The notes: a model not told the origin generated them from the letters alone. A DNA stretch of 64,000 bases from an uncultured bacterium (GCA_963705915.1 OY970126.1:168306-232305), one strand, 5' to 3'; shown: positions 43,489 to 54,010, counted from the first letter of the stretch. Numbers and translations are program-made.

Positions 43489-44745
43489 ATGAGACGGCAC
43501 CCTGGTCTCTATCTCGGAATAATTGTGATCGTGGCGATTGTCGCCGGTTTTTTTGTATATCCAAAATGGATTGGTAGACAATACGAACCGTGGAAACTTG
43601 GCCTCGATTTGGTCGGGGGCAGTCACTTGGTTTACCAAATCGACTTATCGAACGTCTCTTCAACCGACCAAGCGTCCGTCGTCGCAGGCTTGCGCGGTGT
43701 GATCGAGCAGCGCATCAACCTCTACGGCGTGAGCGAACCGGATATTTACACCTCTCAAAATGGCAACCAAGCGCAGCTCTACATTGACCTCGCGGGCGTG
43801 AATGATCTCACCGACGCCATCAACGAAATTGGCCAGACGCCAACCCTCGACTTCCGTGAAGTTGACCAGACGGCTTCGGGAACGCAATACGTGTACACGA
43901 ATCTTACCGGCCAATATATTACCGGGGCATCACTCGTTTTTGATCCCACGACCGGCGCCCCGCAAGTGCAAATTAATTTCAACACCGAAGGGGCCCAAAT
44001 CTTCGGCGAAATAACCACCGCGAATATCGGCAAGCCGCTCGCCATCTTTCTCGACAACCAACTCCTTGAAGCGCCGACGGTTCAAAGCGCCATCACGAAT
44101 GGTTCGGCCGTTATCACCGGTAGTTTCACGGTTGCCGAGGCTCAAGACCTCGTGAGCCGTTTTAATGCAGGAGCTTTACCCGCACCTATCTCGCTTATCA
44201 GCCAACAGACGGTGAGTGCGACCCTCGGAACTGACTCATTAAAGAAAGTTATTCTTGCGGGTATCATCGGCACGCTCCTCGTTATTCTTTTTATGCTTTT
44301 CTACTATCGCTTGCTGGGCTTGTTCGCAGCCATGGCGCTTGTCATTTACATTGCGCTCACCCTCGGCATCTTCAAGCTTTTTGGCGTCACCATGACGCTC
44401 GCCGGCTTGGCTGGTTTTATTCTCACGATTGGTATGGCGGTTGATGCCAACATTCTTATATTCGAAAGGATCAAAGAAGAATTGAAGCGGGGATTACCGA
44501 AGGCTTCGGCAATCGAAGAAGGCTTCCGCCGGGCGTGGCCATCGATCCGTGATTCGAATATGTCGACTGCGATCACGGCAGCCATTTTGTACTTCTTCAC
44601 TTCTGAGTTCGTTCGCGGCTTTGCGCTCACGCTTCTTATCGGTGTTATTGTGAGCTTATTCAGCGCCATCACAACTACGCGGCTTTTCTTGCGGGTATTT
44701 TTGAAAGATAAAGCAAAACCACAACCACAACCTCAACATGCTTAA
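43489..44745 (+). CDS. secD: Protein translocase subunit SecD
   Basis: LGLDLVGGSHLVYQIDL, a periplasmic domain and a C-terminal six-transmembrane bundle. Confidence 0.85.
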   Translation: MRRHPGLYLGIIVIVAIVAGFFVYPKWIGRQYEPWKLGLDLVGGSHLVYQIDLSNVSSTDQASVVAGLRGVIEQRINLYGVSEPDIYTSQNGNQAQLYIDLAGVNDLTDAINEIGQTPTLDFREVDQTASGTQYVYTNLTGQYITGASLVFDPTTGAPQVQINFNTEGAQIFGEITTANIGKPLAIFLDNQLLEAPTVQSAITNGSAVITGSFTVAEAQDLVSRFNAGALPAPISLISQQTVSATLGTDSLKKVILAGIIGTLLVILFMLFYYRLLGLFAAMALVIYIALTLGIFKLFGVTMTLAGLAGFILTIGMAVDANILIFERIKEELKRGLPKASAIEEGFRRAWPSIRDSNMSTAITAAILYFFTSEFVRGFALTLLIGVIVSLFSAITTTRLFLRVFLKDKAKPQPQPQHA

Positions 44746-45637
44746 TATCGTTGGCCGGAAAAAAATATGGTTTGCCTTGTCGACAATCCTCGTCGGCCTC
44801 GCCATCATCGCTATTGCAACGTATCGATTCCAGTTGAGCGCCGAATTTGCTGGAGGCTCGCTCTGGGAGTTCAAGGTGCCAGTCAATCAACCGTCGCTCA
44901 CCGATGTCCAGAATGTATTCACGAATACCCTCCATGTGGATGGCGCTCAAGTGACCTACGATTCGACTAACCAAGAATTCCTCGCAAGCTTCAATACGAT
45001 CGACGAGACGACCCACCAGCAGTATCTCAAGATTTTGCAAAGCACATGGCCATCATTCCAAGAATTAAATTTTGAATCGATCAGTCCTTCGATTGGCGGC
45101 AATCTCCTCTATAACGCTATTATCGCAATCATTCTGGTGCTCATTGGTATTTCAATCTATATCGCGTTTGCATTCCGCAAGGCATCACGGCCGATCAGTT
45201 CGTGGCAGTATGGATGGATCACGCTGCTCACGTTGTTCCACGACGTATCCATCCCGGCTGGTTTGCTCGCGATCCTTGGCCACTTCCGCGGCGTGCAAAT
45301 CGATAGCGATTTCATTGTTGCCTTACTCGTGGTGATGGGCTTCTCGGTGCACGACACGATCGTTGTCTTTGACCGTATTCGTGAAAATCTGCTCAAGCAA
45401 CGAGGCAGGGAGCCGTTCCAAAAAATCGTGAACGACAGCGTGAATCAGAGCATCGCGCGTTCAGTGAACACATCGCTCACGCTTATTCTCGTGCTTCTCG
45501 CATTGTATTTTGTGGGCCCCGTCGACCTTCAGTACTTCGTTTTGACATTGCTTGTCGGTGTGACGACCGGTATTTATTCATCAATATTTATTGCGAGTCC
45601 AGCCCTCGTTCTTATCGCTCCCAAGGATATCAAGTAG
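44738..45637 (+). CDS. secF: Protein translocase subunit SecF
   Basis: IVGRKKIWFALSTILV..., the SecF transmembrane bundle (GFSVHDTIVVFDRIRE), overlapping secD. Confidence 0.85.
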   Translation: MLNIVGRKKIWFALSTILVGLAIIAIATYRFQLSAEFAGGSLWEFKVPVNQPSLTDVQNVFTNTLHVDGAQVTYDSTNQEFLASFNTIDETTHQQYLKILQSTWPSFQELNFESISPSIGGNLLYNAIIAIILVLIGISIYIAFAFRKASRPISSWQYGWITLLTLFHDVSIPAGLLAILGHFRGVQIDSDFIVALLVVMGFSVHDTIVVFDRIRENLLKQRGREPFQKIVNDSVNQSIARSVNTSLTLILVLLALYFVGPVDLQYFVLTLLVGVTTGIYSSIFIASPALVLIAPKDIK

Positions 45638-45702
45638 CGTCTTGTTGACAGGCCTTGCATTATAGTGTAATATTGTATATACTATAAGAAAATAAACATC
45701 CA

Positions 45703-46734
45703 ATGCCGTCTATATCCAAGATTATTAATAGCGCGCTTGCGGATCTCAATCCTCGCCAAAAGGAGGTTATTTCCGCCCGTTTTGGCCTAGAGAAAGGGGA
45801 TAACGGTGAAACGTTGGCTGCGATTGGTGAGCGAATGCACGTTACCCGCGAACGCGTGCGCCAAATTGAAAATGGCGCGATCTCCCTCGTCAAAGCCAAT
45901 ATGAGCAAGAACGATGAAGCGGTCGCCATGCTTGAGCGCATCAAAAAGTTTATCGCGAGCAAGGGGGGCGTGGCCAAGAAGGCCGACGTTGCCCAGTTTG
46001 CTTCCACGCTTGCGAATGGCATCCGCGAATCACACCTCGATTTCCTCGCTGAAGCGACGGGTGTTTTCAATTTATACCGTGAAGACGAAAATTATCATCC
46101 GTTCTATTACGTGAGCGAAAAAGATATGAAATCAGCCCAAAGTTTTGTTGATGGTTGGGTTAATTTCTTGAAGAACCGCAAAGAGAAAGTTCTCTCCGAG
46201 TCGTATCACGTCCAGCTCGCTTCTTTCTTGAAGACCAAGTCCACAAGCCAGGGCGTTGCGGAAAACTACCTCGCCATATCGAAGAAGCTTCACAAGAATC
46301 CGTATGGGGACATGGGACTTCGCGAATGGCCTGAAATCAGTCCGGCGACCGTGCGTGATAAAATTTACCTTGTCTTGAAGAAGAAGGCTGAACCGTTGCA
46401 TTTTGAAGATATCGCAAAAAACATTAATCAAGTTGGCTTTGATGAACAAGAAGCGCTTGCGCCAACCGTGCACAACGAACTTATTAAAGATAATCGTTTT
46501 GTTCTTGTCGGCCGTGGTATGTATGGTTTGCGCGAACACGGTTATGAACCGGGCACCGCGCGCCAGGTGATCGCAAGGATTTTGAAGCATCGTGGGCCGT
46601 TGCGTCCGACGGATGTTGTGACCCGCGTGAACGAAGAGCGTTTTTTCAAGCCGAACACCATCCTCATCAACTTACAAAACAAGAATTACTTCGAGCGAAT
46701 GCCGGATGGCCGGTATCGCGTCCGTGAATCATAA
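45703..46734 (+). CDS. Sigma-70 region-4-like HTH domain protein with a 270-aa uncharacterised C-terminal region
   Basis: LNPRQKEVISARFGLEKGDNGETLAAIGERMHVTRERVRQIENGAISLV equals a sigma70_r4 HTH. No region 2/3. The remainder carries no motifs. Confidence 0.5.
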   Translation: MPSISKIINSALADLNPRQKEVISARFGLEKGDNGETLAAIGERMHVTRERVRQIENGAISLVKANMSKNDEAVAMLERIKKFIASKGGVAKKADVAQFASTLANGIRESHLDFLAEATGVFNLYREDENYHPFYYVSEKDMKSAQSFVDGWVNFLKNRKEKVLSESYHVQLASFLKTKSTSQGVAENYLAISKKLHKNPYGDMGLREWPEISPATVRDKIYLVLKKKAEPLHFEDIAKNINQVGFDEQEALAPTVHNELIKDNRFVLVGRGMYGLREHGYEPGTARQVIARILKHRGPLRPTDVVTRVNEERFFKPNTILINLQNKNYFERMPDGRYRVRES

Positions 46735-46799
46735 CCGCGGCTTGCGGTCGTTTTAGTTCTCGCAATTTTGAAAACTTGGTATGCTTAGTATAGTGATTT

Positions 46800-48110
46800 A
46801 TGTCTAATTTCTTTTCATTGCCACCATTGCCGGGCCCTGTTACAGGGGTCTTCGGAAGCATCTGGACGGTATGGGAAGCGGTCTGGTGGATCGTCGTGCC
46901 CATCATCGCCATCATCGTTTTCTGGGAGTCCTGGCATCTCTATCTGCATCATCAGTGGATCCATAACATTCACTGGGTGTTGCTTGAAATTAAAGTTCCA
47001 AAGAATATTTTGAAAACGCCGCGGGCGATGGAGCAAATTTTTGCCGCCGCGCATGCACCATATTCATACGGGTATAGCTGGATCCAACGCAACATTCAGG
47101 GTATGGATGAGTTCTGGATGTCATTTGAGCTTATCGCACGAAGCGGAGAAACTCATTTTTATCTTCGCGTACCGGACGAATTCCGTAACATGATGGAATC
47201 CGCCATCTATGGCCAATACCCTGAAGCAGAAATTTCGGAAGCTCAGGATTATTTGGATGAAATGCCGAAGGTCATTCCAAACCGTAACTTCGACTTGTCT
47301 GGTTTTGAAGAAGTATTGCGCGATCCTGGCTATGTTCCAATCCGCACCTATCTTTCATTTGAGGATCCGGTTGAAGAGCGTCGCGTTGATCCGATAGCCG
47401 GTCTCATGGAAATAATGTCGAAGCTCGATGAGGGTGAACAAATTTGGTATCAATTACTCATTCGCCCGACGGGGGATGATTTTAAAAAAGAGGGAGCCGA
47501 GGCCATCAATGCTTTGCATGGCTACGGCGAGGAGGAGCATAAAAGTGGCTGGTTCCCAAAGGTTGACCTTGGTTTTACATTTGCCGAAGCGGTTCGGGCT
47601 CCTTTCGTGCACCCCGGGGAGCATGAAGGCGAAGAAGAAAAAGAAAAAAAACCTAACATCCGAACGGTCCTTCCGGCGCATGAACAAGAATGGGCCGCCG
47701 GTGTACAGAAAAAAATCCAAAAATTAGCATTCGAGACCACAGTACGCTTCGTCATTATAAGCGAAAAAAATATCGCGCCGCCGGACTCGGGCCAGGTGAT
47801 GTCTCTCCATGGTTACATGCGGCAATTCAATTCACCCTATATGAATCAATTGAAGCCGGAGAAAACCACGACGACCGCCGGCTATGCAGTGAAAGGGTTA
47901 TTCAAAAAGACACGCCTCCAATTCCGAAAGCGTCTTTTATATGAACATTATCGCAATATCCTGCATGGTCCGACGGCCATCCTCAACATTGAAGAGCTTG
48001 CAACGATTTTCCATTTCCCGATCGCCACCGTTTCAACGTCCGAACTGGAAAAAATCGAATCACGCAAAGGCAGCCCGCCGGCTTCGCTTCCTATCATTGA
48101 AGAACCATAA
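46800..48110 (+). CDS. Membrane-anchored protein, partner of the downstream ATPase (homologous to the N-terminal half of the 9145-11541 protein)
   Basis: N-terminal two transmembrane helices. C-terminal ...IEELATIFHFPIATVSTSELEK parallels ...AEEIASFYHFPISSTETPHVK of the fused paralog. Confidence 0.55.
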   Translation: MSNFFSLPPLPGPVTGVFGSIWTVWEAVWWIVVPIIAIIVFWESWHLYLHHQWIHNIHWVLLEIKVPKNILKTPRAMEQIFAAAHAPYSYGYSWIQRNIQGMDEFWMSFELIARSGETHFYLRVPDEFRNMMESAIYGQYPEAEISEAQDYLDEMPKVIPNRNFDLSGFEEVLRDPGYVPIRTYLSFEDPVEERRVDPIAGLMEIMSKLDEGEQIWYQLLIRPTGDDFKKEGAEAINALHGYGEEEHKSGWFPKVDLGFTFAEAVRAPFVHPGEHEGEEEKEKKPNIRTVLPAHEQEWAAGVQKKIQKLAFETTVRFVIISEKNIAPPDSGQVMSLHGYMRQFNSPYMNQLKPEKTTTTAGYAVKGLFKKTRLQFRKRLLYEHYRNILHGPTAILNIEELATIFHFPIATVSTSELEKIESRKGSPPASLPIIEEP

Positions 48111-48112
48111 TC

Positions 48113-49834
48113 ATGGCCTACGATCCAAACAAAGATATTACGCCGATCGGCTACCACAACTATCGCGGCAATCGCGAAGAAAAATTTGGTATCAAACTTG
48201 ATGATCGGCGACGTCATGTTTACGTGATCGGAAAGACTGGCGTGGGCAAGTCGACGCTCCTCGAAAACATGGCGGTCGCGGACATTCAAGCGGGGAAGGG
48301 CATGGCATTCATCGATCCACACGGATCTTCCGCGGAAAAATTACTCGACTTTATTCCCGAAGAGCGCCTTGACGACGTGATCTATTTTGATCCATCGGAT
48401 ATGGAATTTCCGATAGCATTCAACCCTATGGAACAGGTCGGTACGCAATTCCGCCACCTTGTGGCATCGGGCCTCATGGGCGTTTTCAAAAAGATATGGG
48501 TGGATGCATGGTCCGCCCGTATGGAATATATTTTAAATAACACACTCCTTGCGCTCCTTGAATTCCCCGGTTCAACGGTGCTTGGGGTGCTTCGTATGTT
48601 TGCAGAGCCGGAATATCGCAAGAAAATCGTAAGCAACCTGCACGACCCAGTCATTAAAGCCTTCTGGCAAAATGAGTTTGCGCGCTATTCGCAGCGGCTT
48701 GAAACCGAAGCGCTCGCAGCCATCCAAAACAAAGTTGGGCAATTCGTTTCAAATCCGCTCATCCGCAATATTCTTGGCCAGTCGCGCTCAACGGTGAATA
48801 TGCGTGAGATTATGGATTCAGGGAAAATTTTGATCGTCAATCTTTCGAAAGGGAAAATCGGCGAAGACAATTCTGCTTTGCTTGGCGCGATGATGATCGC
48901 GCGTATGCAGCTTGCCGCCATGTCGCGCGCCGACACCCCCGAAGAAAAACTTCGCGACTTTTTCTTGTACGTCGACGAGTTTCAGAACTTTGCCACGGAT
49001 TCCTTTGCAAACATTTTGGCTGAAGCGCGCAAATATCGACTCAGTCTGGTTCTCGCCCATCAATATATTGGCCAGCTCGTGCTTTCTGAGGGCAACACCA
49101 AAGTGCGCGACGCAGTTTTTGGCAACGTCGGCACGATCATCAGTTTCCGCGTTGGCGCCCCGGATGCGGAATTTTTGGAGCCGGAATTCACGCCGGAATT
49201 TGAACAGCAGGACCTCGTAAATCTTTCAAAGACAAATATTTACTTAAAATTAATGATTGACGGCGTTTCGTCTCGTCCATTCTCCGCAACAACCTTGCCG
49301 CCTCCGAAGTTGCCACTCGTTTCTCATCGAGATGTGATTATCGCGAATTCGCGTCAAAAATATGGTACGCCGCGGAGTGTCGTCGAGGCGAAAATTGCTG
49401 GTGAGTGGGAAACGCAGAGCGATGTCGTGATCCAAGAGAAAATTGGCCGGCGTAACGAGCAACCGCTTTCGAGCGCTCTTAGGACTGATATGCCGGCGCG
49501 TATGCCTCGTGCGCCCGGGGGATCGCAGCAGAATCGACCATATAACGATCGGCCCGAACGGCGTATGCCACAGATGCAACAATCGCAAGCCAGGCCGCAG
49601 CAAGCCCAGCCCCAGCCGCAACTGCAGATGCAAGTCCCAGCCGAAGAAGGTAAGTCACAGCCAGAATCAGCGCCTATATCTCGACCGCGACCCACACCAC
49701 CACCGATTCGACACAAAGAAGAGATAACAGAGCCAAAACGAGTCCCAAAGCCGAACGTGGACATCGACGCCCTCCGGCGGGCGATCAGTGAATCCCTTAA
49801 GCGACAAAACGAAAACGATGGCGAAGGAGTTTGA
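48113..49834 (+). CDS. VirD4/TraG/FtsK-like P-loop ATPase with a Pro/Gln-rich disordered tail
   Basis: RRRHVYVIGKTGVGKSTLLENM...IDPHGS, YVDEFQNF and AHQYIGQL, paralleling the fused copy. The tail of about 110 aa is P/Q/R-rich. Confidence 0.7.
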   Translation: MAYDPNKDITPIGYHNYRGNREEKFGIKLDDRRRHVYVIGKTGVGKSTLLENMAVADIQAGKGMAFIDPHGSSAEKLLDFIPEERLDDVIYFDPSDMEFPIAFNPMEQVGTQFRHLVASGLMGVFKKIWVDAWSARMEYILNNTLLALLEFPGSTVLGVLRMFAEPEYRKKIVSNLHDPVIKAFWQNEFARYSQRLETEALAAIQNKVGQFVSNPLIRNILGQSRSTVNMREIMDSGKILIVNLSKGKIGEDNSALLGAMMIARMQLAAMSRADTPEEKLRDFFLYVDEFQNFATDSFANILAEARKYRLSLVLAHQYIGQLVLSEGNTKVRDAVFGNVGTIISFRVGAPDAEFLEPEFTPEFEQQDLVNLSKTNIYLKLMIDGVSSRPFSATTLPPPKLPLVSHRDVIIANSRQKYGTPRSVVEAKIAGEWETQSDVVIQEKIGRRNEQPLSSALRTDMPARMPRAPGGSQQNRPYNDRPERRMPQMQQSQARPQQAQPQPQLQMQVPAEEGKSQPESAPISRPRPTPPPIRHKEEITEPKRVPKPNVDIDALRRAISESLKRQNENDGEGV

Positions 49835-50462
49835 TATCCTCACAATATTCCCCGATATATTTGATTCATATCTCAAGGAATCACTTTTTAAGCGGGCCCA
49901 AAAGAACGGTCTTGTTTCTGTGTGGGCACATAACATCCGTGATTTCACCAACGACAAGCATCAGAAAGTTGACGACCGGCCGTTCGGCGGGGGACCCGGC
50001 ATGGTTTTGCAGGTTCAACCGATTGCAAAAGCTATTGTAACATTGAAAAGAAAAAACGATCGTAAGAAAACCCGAATAGTATTATTTTCGTTGCGTGGGA
50101 AGAAGTTAAACGCAACCGTTGCAAAACGCCTTGCGAGCTATGATCGCCTCATCATGATCTGCGGTCGCTACGAAGGCGTGGATGAACGAGTCGCCGCGCA
50201 CATAGCCGACGAAGAAATTTCGATTGGCGACTATGTATTGAGCGGGGGCGAATTGCCGGCGCTCGTACTCATGGAATCAGTAGCCCGTTTTATTCCTGGG
50301 TTCTTGGGAAAACATGAATCACTGGAAGATTTTAAAGGTTCCTATCCTGCGTACACCCGGCCGGAGGTTTTCTCCCCGGGGAAAGGCCAGAAGTGGCCGG
50401 TTCCTAAGGTCCTCTTGTCAGGGGATCATAAGAAGATAGAGGAGTGGCGCCGTCGGCATTGA
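49818..50462 (+). CDS. trmD: tRNA (guanine37-N1)-methyltransferase
   Basis: ILTIFPDIF...RPFGGGPGMVL...CGRYEGVDERV. Confidence 0.85.
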   Translation: MAKEFDILTIFPDIFDSYLKESLFKRAQKNGLVSVWAHNIRDFTNDKHQKVDDRPFGGGPGMVLQVQPIAKAIVTLKRKNDRKKTRIVLFSLRGKKLNATVAKRLASYDRLIMICGRYEGVDERVAAHIADEEISIGDYVLSGGELPALVLMESVARFIPGFLGKHESLEDFKGSYPAYTRPEVFSPGKGQKWPVPKVLLSGDHKKIEEWRRRH

Positions 50463-50504
50463 TTTTTTAGATTGTTTTAATCTGTCATACGGTATTCTGA
50501 CCGG

Positions 50505-51908
50505 ATGGCAAGACGCCTACCGATCCCGGATTTTGCTTTTGGCATTGCACTTGCGTTTATCGTGGGAATTTTTGCTGCGAGCCTTGCATGGAACTTGTTC
50601 GTTGTGGTGGCGTTGTGTGCTCTTATACTTATCAGCGCTCATTACATTGCTCGTTGTTTCCTTTGGAAAGAAACGGCTGCTGTCCTCGCCGTGCTGCTCT
50701 TCGGTGCACTATATTATCAATGGTATCTCGCCCGTGACGAGCACACGCTCACGCTCCCGTTTAATAAAGAAATATTCTTCACGGCAGTCGTTGCGGATGA
50801 GCCCAAGGAATCGGGAAATTACGAGACGTTTACCGTTGATCCATGGCGCTCGCACAGCATTTTTGTGCTTGCGGCGCCGAATAGCGGGTTCCGTTACGGC
50901 GATCTTCTTGAAATCGGCGGCTTACTTGATGAGCCAGATGCACCAGGAGGGGATCCGCTTATAGCGTCGCCAAAAATTTCAATCATCGCGCACCATCGAG
51001 GCTTTTGGCTGCGAGAAGACCTCATCAACTTCAAGGAAGCGATTATAGGCCAATATCAAAAATTCTTACCACCTGACCAGGCGGCTATTTTGGGTGGTGT
51101 CACGTTTGGCGGGAGTTCTGGCGTGAGTGATGTCCTTAAAAATGAAATGGAAGCGTCCGGCACGTCATACATCCTTTCGATGTATGGATATAAAATTGCA
51201 GCCGTGACGGCGCTCGCCGCCATCCTATGCGAAAATTTTTTCTCACGACGGATAACCTTTTTTATATCGCTTGGCCTCGTCGCGTGTTTTGTGCTCATGG
51301 CTGGCCTTGTGGCTTCGGCGATGCGCGCTGGCATCATGGCAGCAATTGCACTTATTGCAAAAGAAAGCGGCCGTCAGGTTGACAGGCGCAATGCAATAAT
51401 TTTTACGGCACTCATCATGCTACTCGGCGACCCGACGATGCTCATGGGTGACGCGGGTTTCCAACTTTCATGTCTCAGTATTTTGGGTATCACATATCTC
51501 CAAAAACCTTTCAAGCGATGGTGGGGATACGATGATGAGGGATTTTTAGGCTGGCGAGAAGGTGTGATCACCACGCTCGCCGTGCTTGCGCCGATGGTTC
51601 CGTTGGTGAGCAATGCCAACGGACAGTTCCCTATAACCTCGATCGCGTCGAATCTTCTCATGTTTCTTGCGACGCCATATACCCTGGGCCTTGGGGCAAT
51701 ACTCGCGGCATGCAGTTTTCTTTCGGTTGGTACGGCGTGGAGTATCGCCATGATCGGCGGGATCATCCTACGCTATGAACTTTTTGTAATTCGCTTGTTT
51801 TCTTTTGTCGTCATCCCGTTTCCTATTTCGTTTGGCATTCCTCTTGTTGTCGCCCTCTATTATGCTGCGCTCGCCATATTCCTATTTTATTTTTATGAAG
51901 ACGAGTAG
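50505..51908 (+). CDS. comEC: ComEC/Rec2-family DNA internalisation channel protein (N-terminal and competence domains)
   Basis: Polytopic membrane protein. The competence-domain motif AILGGVTFGGSSGVSD...SGTSYILSMYGYKIA matches the ComEC TGxxHLLAISGLH region. Confidence 0.7.
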   Translation: MARRLPIPDFAFGIALAFIVGIFAASLAWNLFVVVALCALILISAHYIARCFLWKETAAVLAVLLFGALYYQWYLARDEHTLTLPFNKEIFFTAVVADEPKESGNYETFTVDPWRSHSIFVLAAPNSGFRYGDLLEIGGLLDEPDAPGGDPLIASPKISIIAHHRGFWLREDLINFKEAIIGQYQKFLPPDQAAILGGVTFGGSSGVSDVLKNEMEASGTSYILSMYGYKIAAVTALAAILCENFFSRRITFFISLGLVACFVLMAGLVASAMRAGIMAAIALIAKESGRQVDRRNAIIFTALIMLLGDPTMLMGDAGFQLSCLSILGITYLQKPFKRWWGYDDEGFLGWREGVITTLAVLAPMVPLVSNANGQFPITSIASNLLMFLATPYTLGLGAILAACSFLSVGTAWSIAMIGGIILRYELFVIRLFSFVVIPFPISFGIPLVVALYYAALAIFLFYFYEDE

Positions 51909-52485
51909 TCTTCCCACAAAAATAAAAACAATCCACCCCCTGAGTGTTTTTGTGATGTGCGCGCTGCTCATTGTTGACGGAGCGATTTGGTGGTCGTTAT
52001 TCCACAATATGAAGGTCCCGTCCTTGCACTCCTATAATCTATCTTCTGCAAAAGTAGCAAAGCCGGGCGATCCAAATCTGGTTATCTTCCCCGGGGGCGT
52101 AACCGTGCTCGTAAATGCTGGCGCAAACAGTGAAACCTCGCTCAATCTGCAACGGGTGATGCCTCAGGGCGCCACGTATCTCGATGCCGTCATCATAACA
52201 GCTCCAGTCAGCCGCTATTTTGGAGGCCTACAAACGATTCTCGACCATTTCCGCGTCGGCGCATTTTTTTACAACGGGCGAGATGCGCCGGACAACGGCT
52301 CTGATGTTTCTTCTTGGGCTGCGCTTATGGCGCGCCTCGCGGCCCAGCACATACCCATGATAACGCTTGGAGCGGGAGATTGCCTGCGGTATAAAGTCAA
52401 CGAAATCGATGTGTTGGCGCCGAACAATGATAGCGCACGCAGTGCGGATATTGAGCAAGCCGGACTGGAACTCAGTATCAGATGA
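51895..52485 (+). CDS. ComEC C-terminal metallo-beta-lactamase-like domain encoded as a separate ORF (catalytic His motif degenerate)
   Basis: VIFPGGVTVLVNAGAN...LDAVIITAP...IDVLAPNN is the ComEC beta-lactamase-like fold order, but HxHxDH is replaced (ITAPVSRYFGG). It overlaps the 3' end of the upstream ORF in another frame. Confidence 0.4.
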   Translation: MKTSSLPTKIKTIHPLSVFVMCALLIVDGAIWWSLFHNMKVPSLHSYNLSSAKVAKPGDPNLVIFPGGVTVLVNAGANSETSLNLQRVMPQGATYLDAVIITAPVSRYFGGLQTILDHFRVGAFFYNGRDAPDNGSDVSSWAALMARLAAQHIPMITLGAGDCLRYKVNEIDVLAPNNDSARSADIEQAGLELSIR

Positions 52486-52498
52486 TATAATTGAAGAT

Positions 52499-54010
52499 AT
52501 GACGCTCCTCGTGAAGAACGTCCACGTTGTGGGCGGCAATAGAACGCTTTTGGAACCGACCGATGTTTTTGTGAGCGGCGATCGTATCTCGGCGATCGGC
52601 AATTTTTCGAATAAACCTGCGGATGTAGTGCTCGACGGCCAGGGCGCATATCTCAGCCCGGGGTTCATAGACGTCGACACCGACTCAGACCATTATTTGA
52701 CGCTCTTTGAATATCCGAGTCAGGAAGATTTTTTAAGGCAGGGTGTGACAACAATCATGGGCGGCATGTGCGGCAGTTCACTGGCTCCGCTTATGTACGG
52801 CGGCCTTGAGTCATTGCGGAAATGGGGGAACACCGACCGCACCAACGTGGACTGGCATAGTGTGGCAGAACTCCTCGTGGCAATCGATAAACATCCCCTT
52901 GGGGTGAATTTCGGGACACTCATTGGACACTCGACGATTCGACGGGCAATCCTCGGCGAATCAATTCGCGACCTTACCAAGAGCGAGATGAATGTATTTA
53001 CGGAAACATTCATGACCGCCCTCACAGAAGGAGGCTTCGGCCTCTCAACTGGTTTAGCGTATGTGCATGCGCACAAGACTCCGTACGCCGAACTCAAAAC
53101 GCTTGCTGATTATGTCAAAAGATTTAACGGCGTTTATGCCACGCATCTGCGCGACGTTGAAGACGGCCTGGAGGCTGCTGTCCAGGAGGCGGTCACGTTA
53201 GTAGAAGACACCGACGTAAAAACGGTCATTAGTCACTTTGTCCCGATTCGCGGCCATGAAAAAGAATACGAACGGGCATTGCAATCCATTGAGGCGCTTC
53301 CGCAAGGTTTCGATTTTCGCTTTGACGTCTACCCATCGCTTTCAACGATGAATCCGATTTATACTTTTTTACCGCGATGGGCTCAAGATGGTGGCTACGA
53401 CGTGATGCTTGCGAACCTCAAGGATCCATGGCTTACCGGGAAGATGATTAAAGATATGCCGCCGATCGACGAAGCAAATTTTTTTGTTGCACAAGCTCCG
53501 GGCGGAGAGTTTCTGGTCGGCAAATCTCTAACAGAAATTAAGCAGCTTTATAATCTGAGCGATGGGCGCGAGGCGCTTCTGCGTCTTATGAGTGTTCTTA
53601 GCATGCGTGGTACCGTGCTTTATAAAAATATCAACGAGGCGCTCCTTATGAAAGCTCTTGTAAGCAAGAGGAGCTTTATTGCTTCGAATGCGCCGAGTTT
53701 TGATTTCAGTCATGAACGGCGCTTGAAGTCAGAAAGGACAAGCTCAACGTTCACAAAGTTTTTGTCGCTTGTCCAAGAGAAAAATATCATGCCGCTTGAG
53801 GATGGTATTCGCAAAATAACATCTGAGCCCGCCCGGATGTTTAACCTCGACAATAGGGGAGAGATAAAAGAAGGTAATTTTGCCGACCTCACCTGCTTCC
53901 GTGGAAGTGAAATAAAATTCACCATCGTGAACGGCGTGCTTGCTATGCAAGACGGCCAATACAAAGGGACGCTTTCTGGGAAGGCGCTGCGCCATCCCAT
54001 GCCGAAATAA
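52499..54010 (+). CDS. Amidohydrolase, N-acyl-D-amino-acid deacylase (D-aminoacylase)-like
   Basis: MTLLVKNVHVVGGN...YLSPGFIDVDTDSDHY and the amidohydrolase barrel; 503 aa. Confidence 0.65.
   Translation: MTLLVKNVHVVGGNRTLLEPTDVFVSGDRISAIGNFSNKPADVVLDGQGAYLSPGFIDVDTDSDHYLTLFEYPSQEDFLRQGVTTIMGGMCGSSLAPLMYGGLESLRKWGNTDRTNVDWHSVAELLVAIDKHPLGVNFGTLIGHSTIRRAILGESIRDLTKSEMNVFTETFMTALTEGGFGLSTGLAYVHAHKTPYAELKTLADYVKRFNGVYATHLRDVEDGLEAAVQEAVTLVEDTDVKTVISHFVPIRGHEKEYERALQSIEALPQGFDFRFDVYPSLSTMNPIYTFLPRWAQDGGYDVMLANLKDPWLTGKMIKDMPPIDEANFFVAQAPGGEFLVGKSLTEIKQLYNLSDGREALLRLMSVLSMRGTVLYKNINEALLMKALVSKRSFIASNAPSFDFSHERRLKSERTSSTFTKFLSLVQEKNIMPLEDGIRKITSEPARMFNLDNRGEIKEGNFADLTCFRGSEIKFTIVNGVLAMQDGQYKGTLSGKALRHPMPK

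Noticed and set aside
48382-49764. Antisense ORFs within the 573-aa ATPase gene and its Pro/Gln-rich tail
   Set aside because: Frame artefacts. The sense frame carries the Walker A and Walker B motifs.
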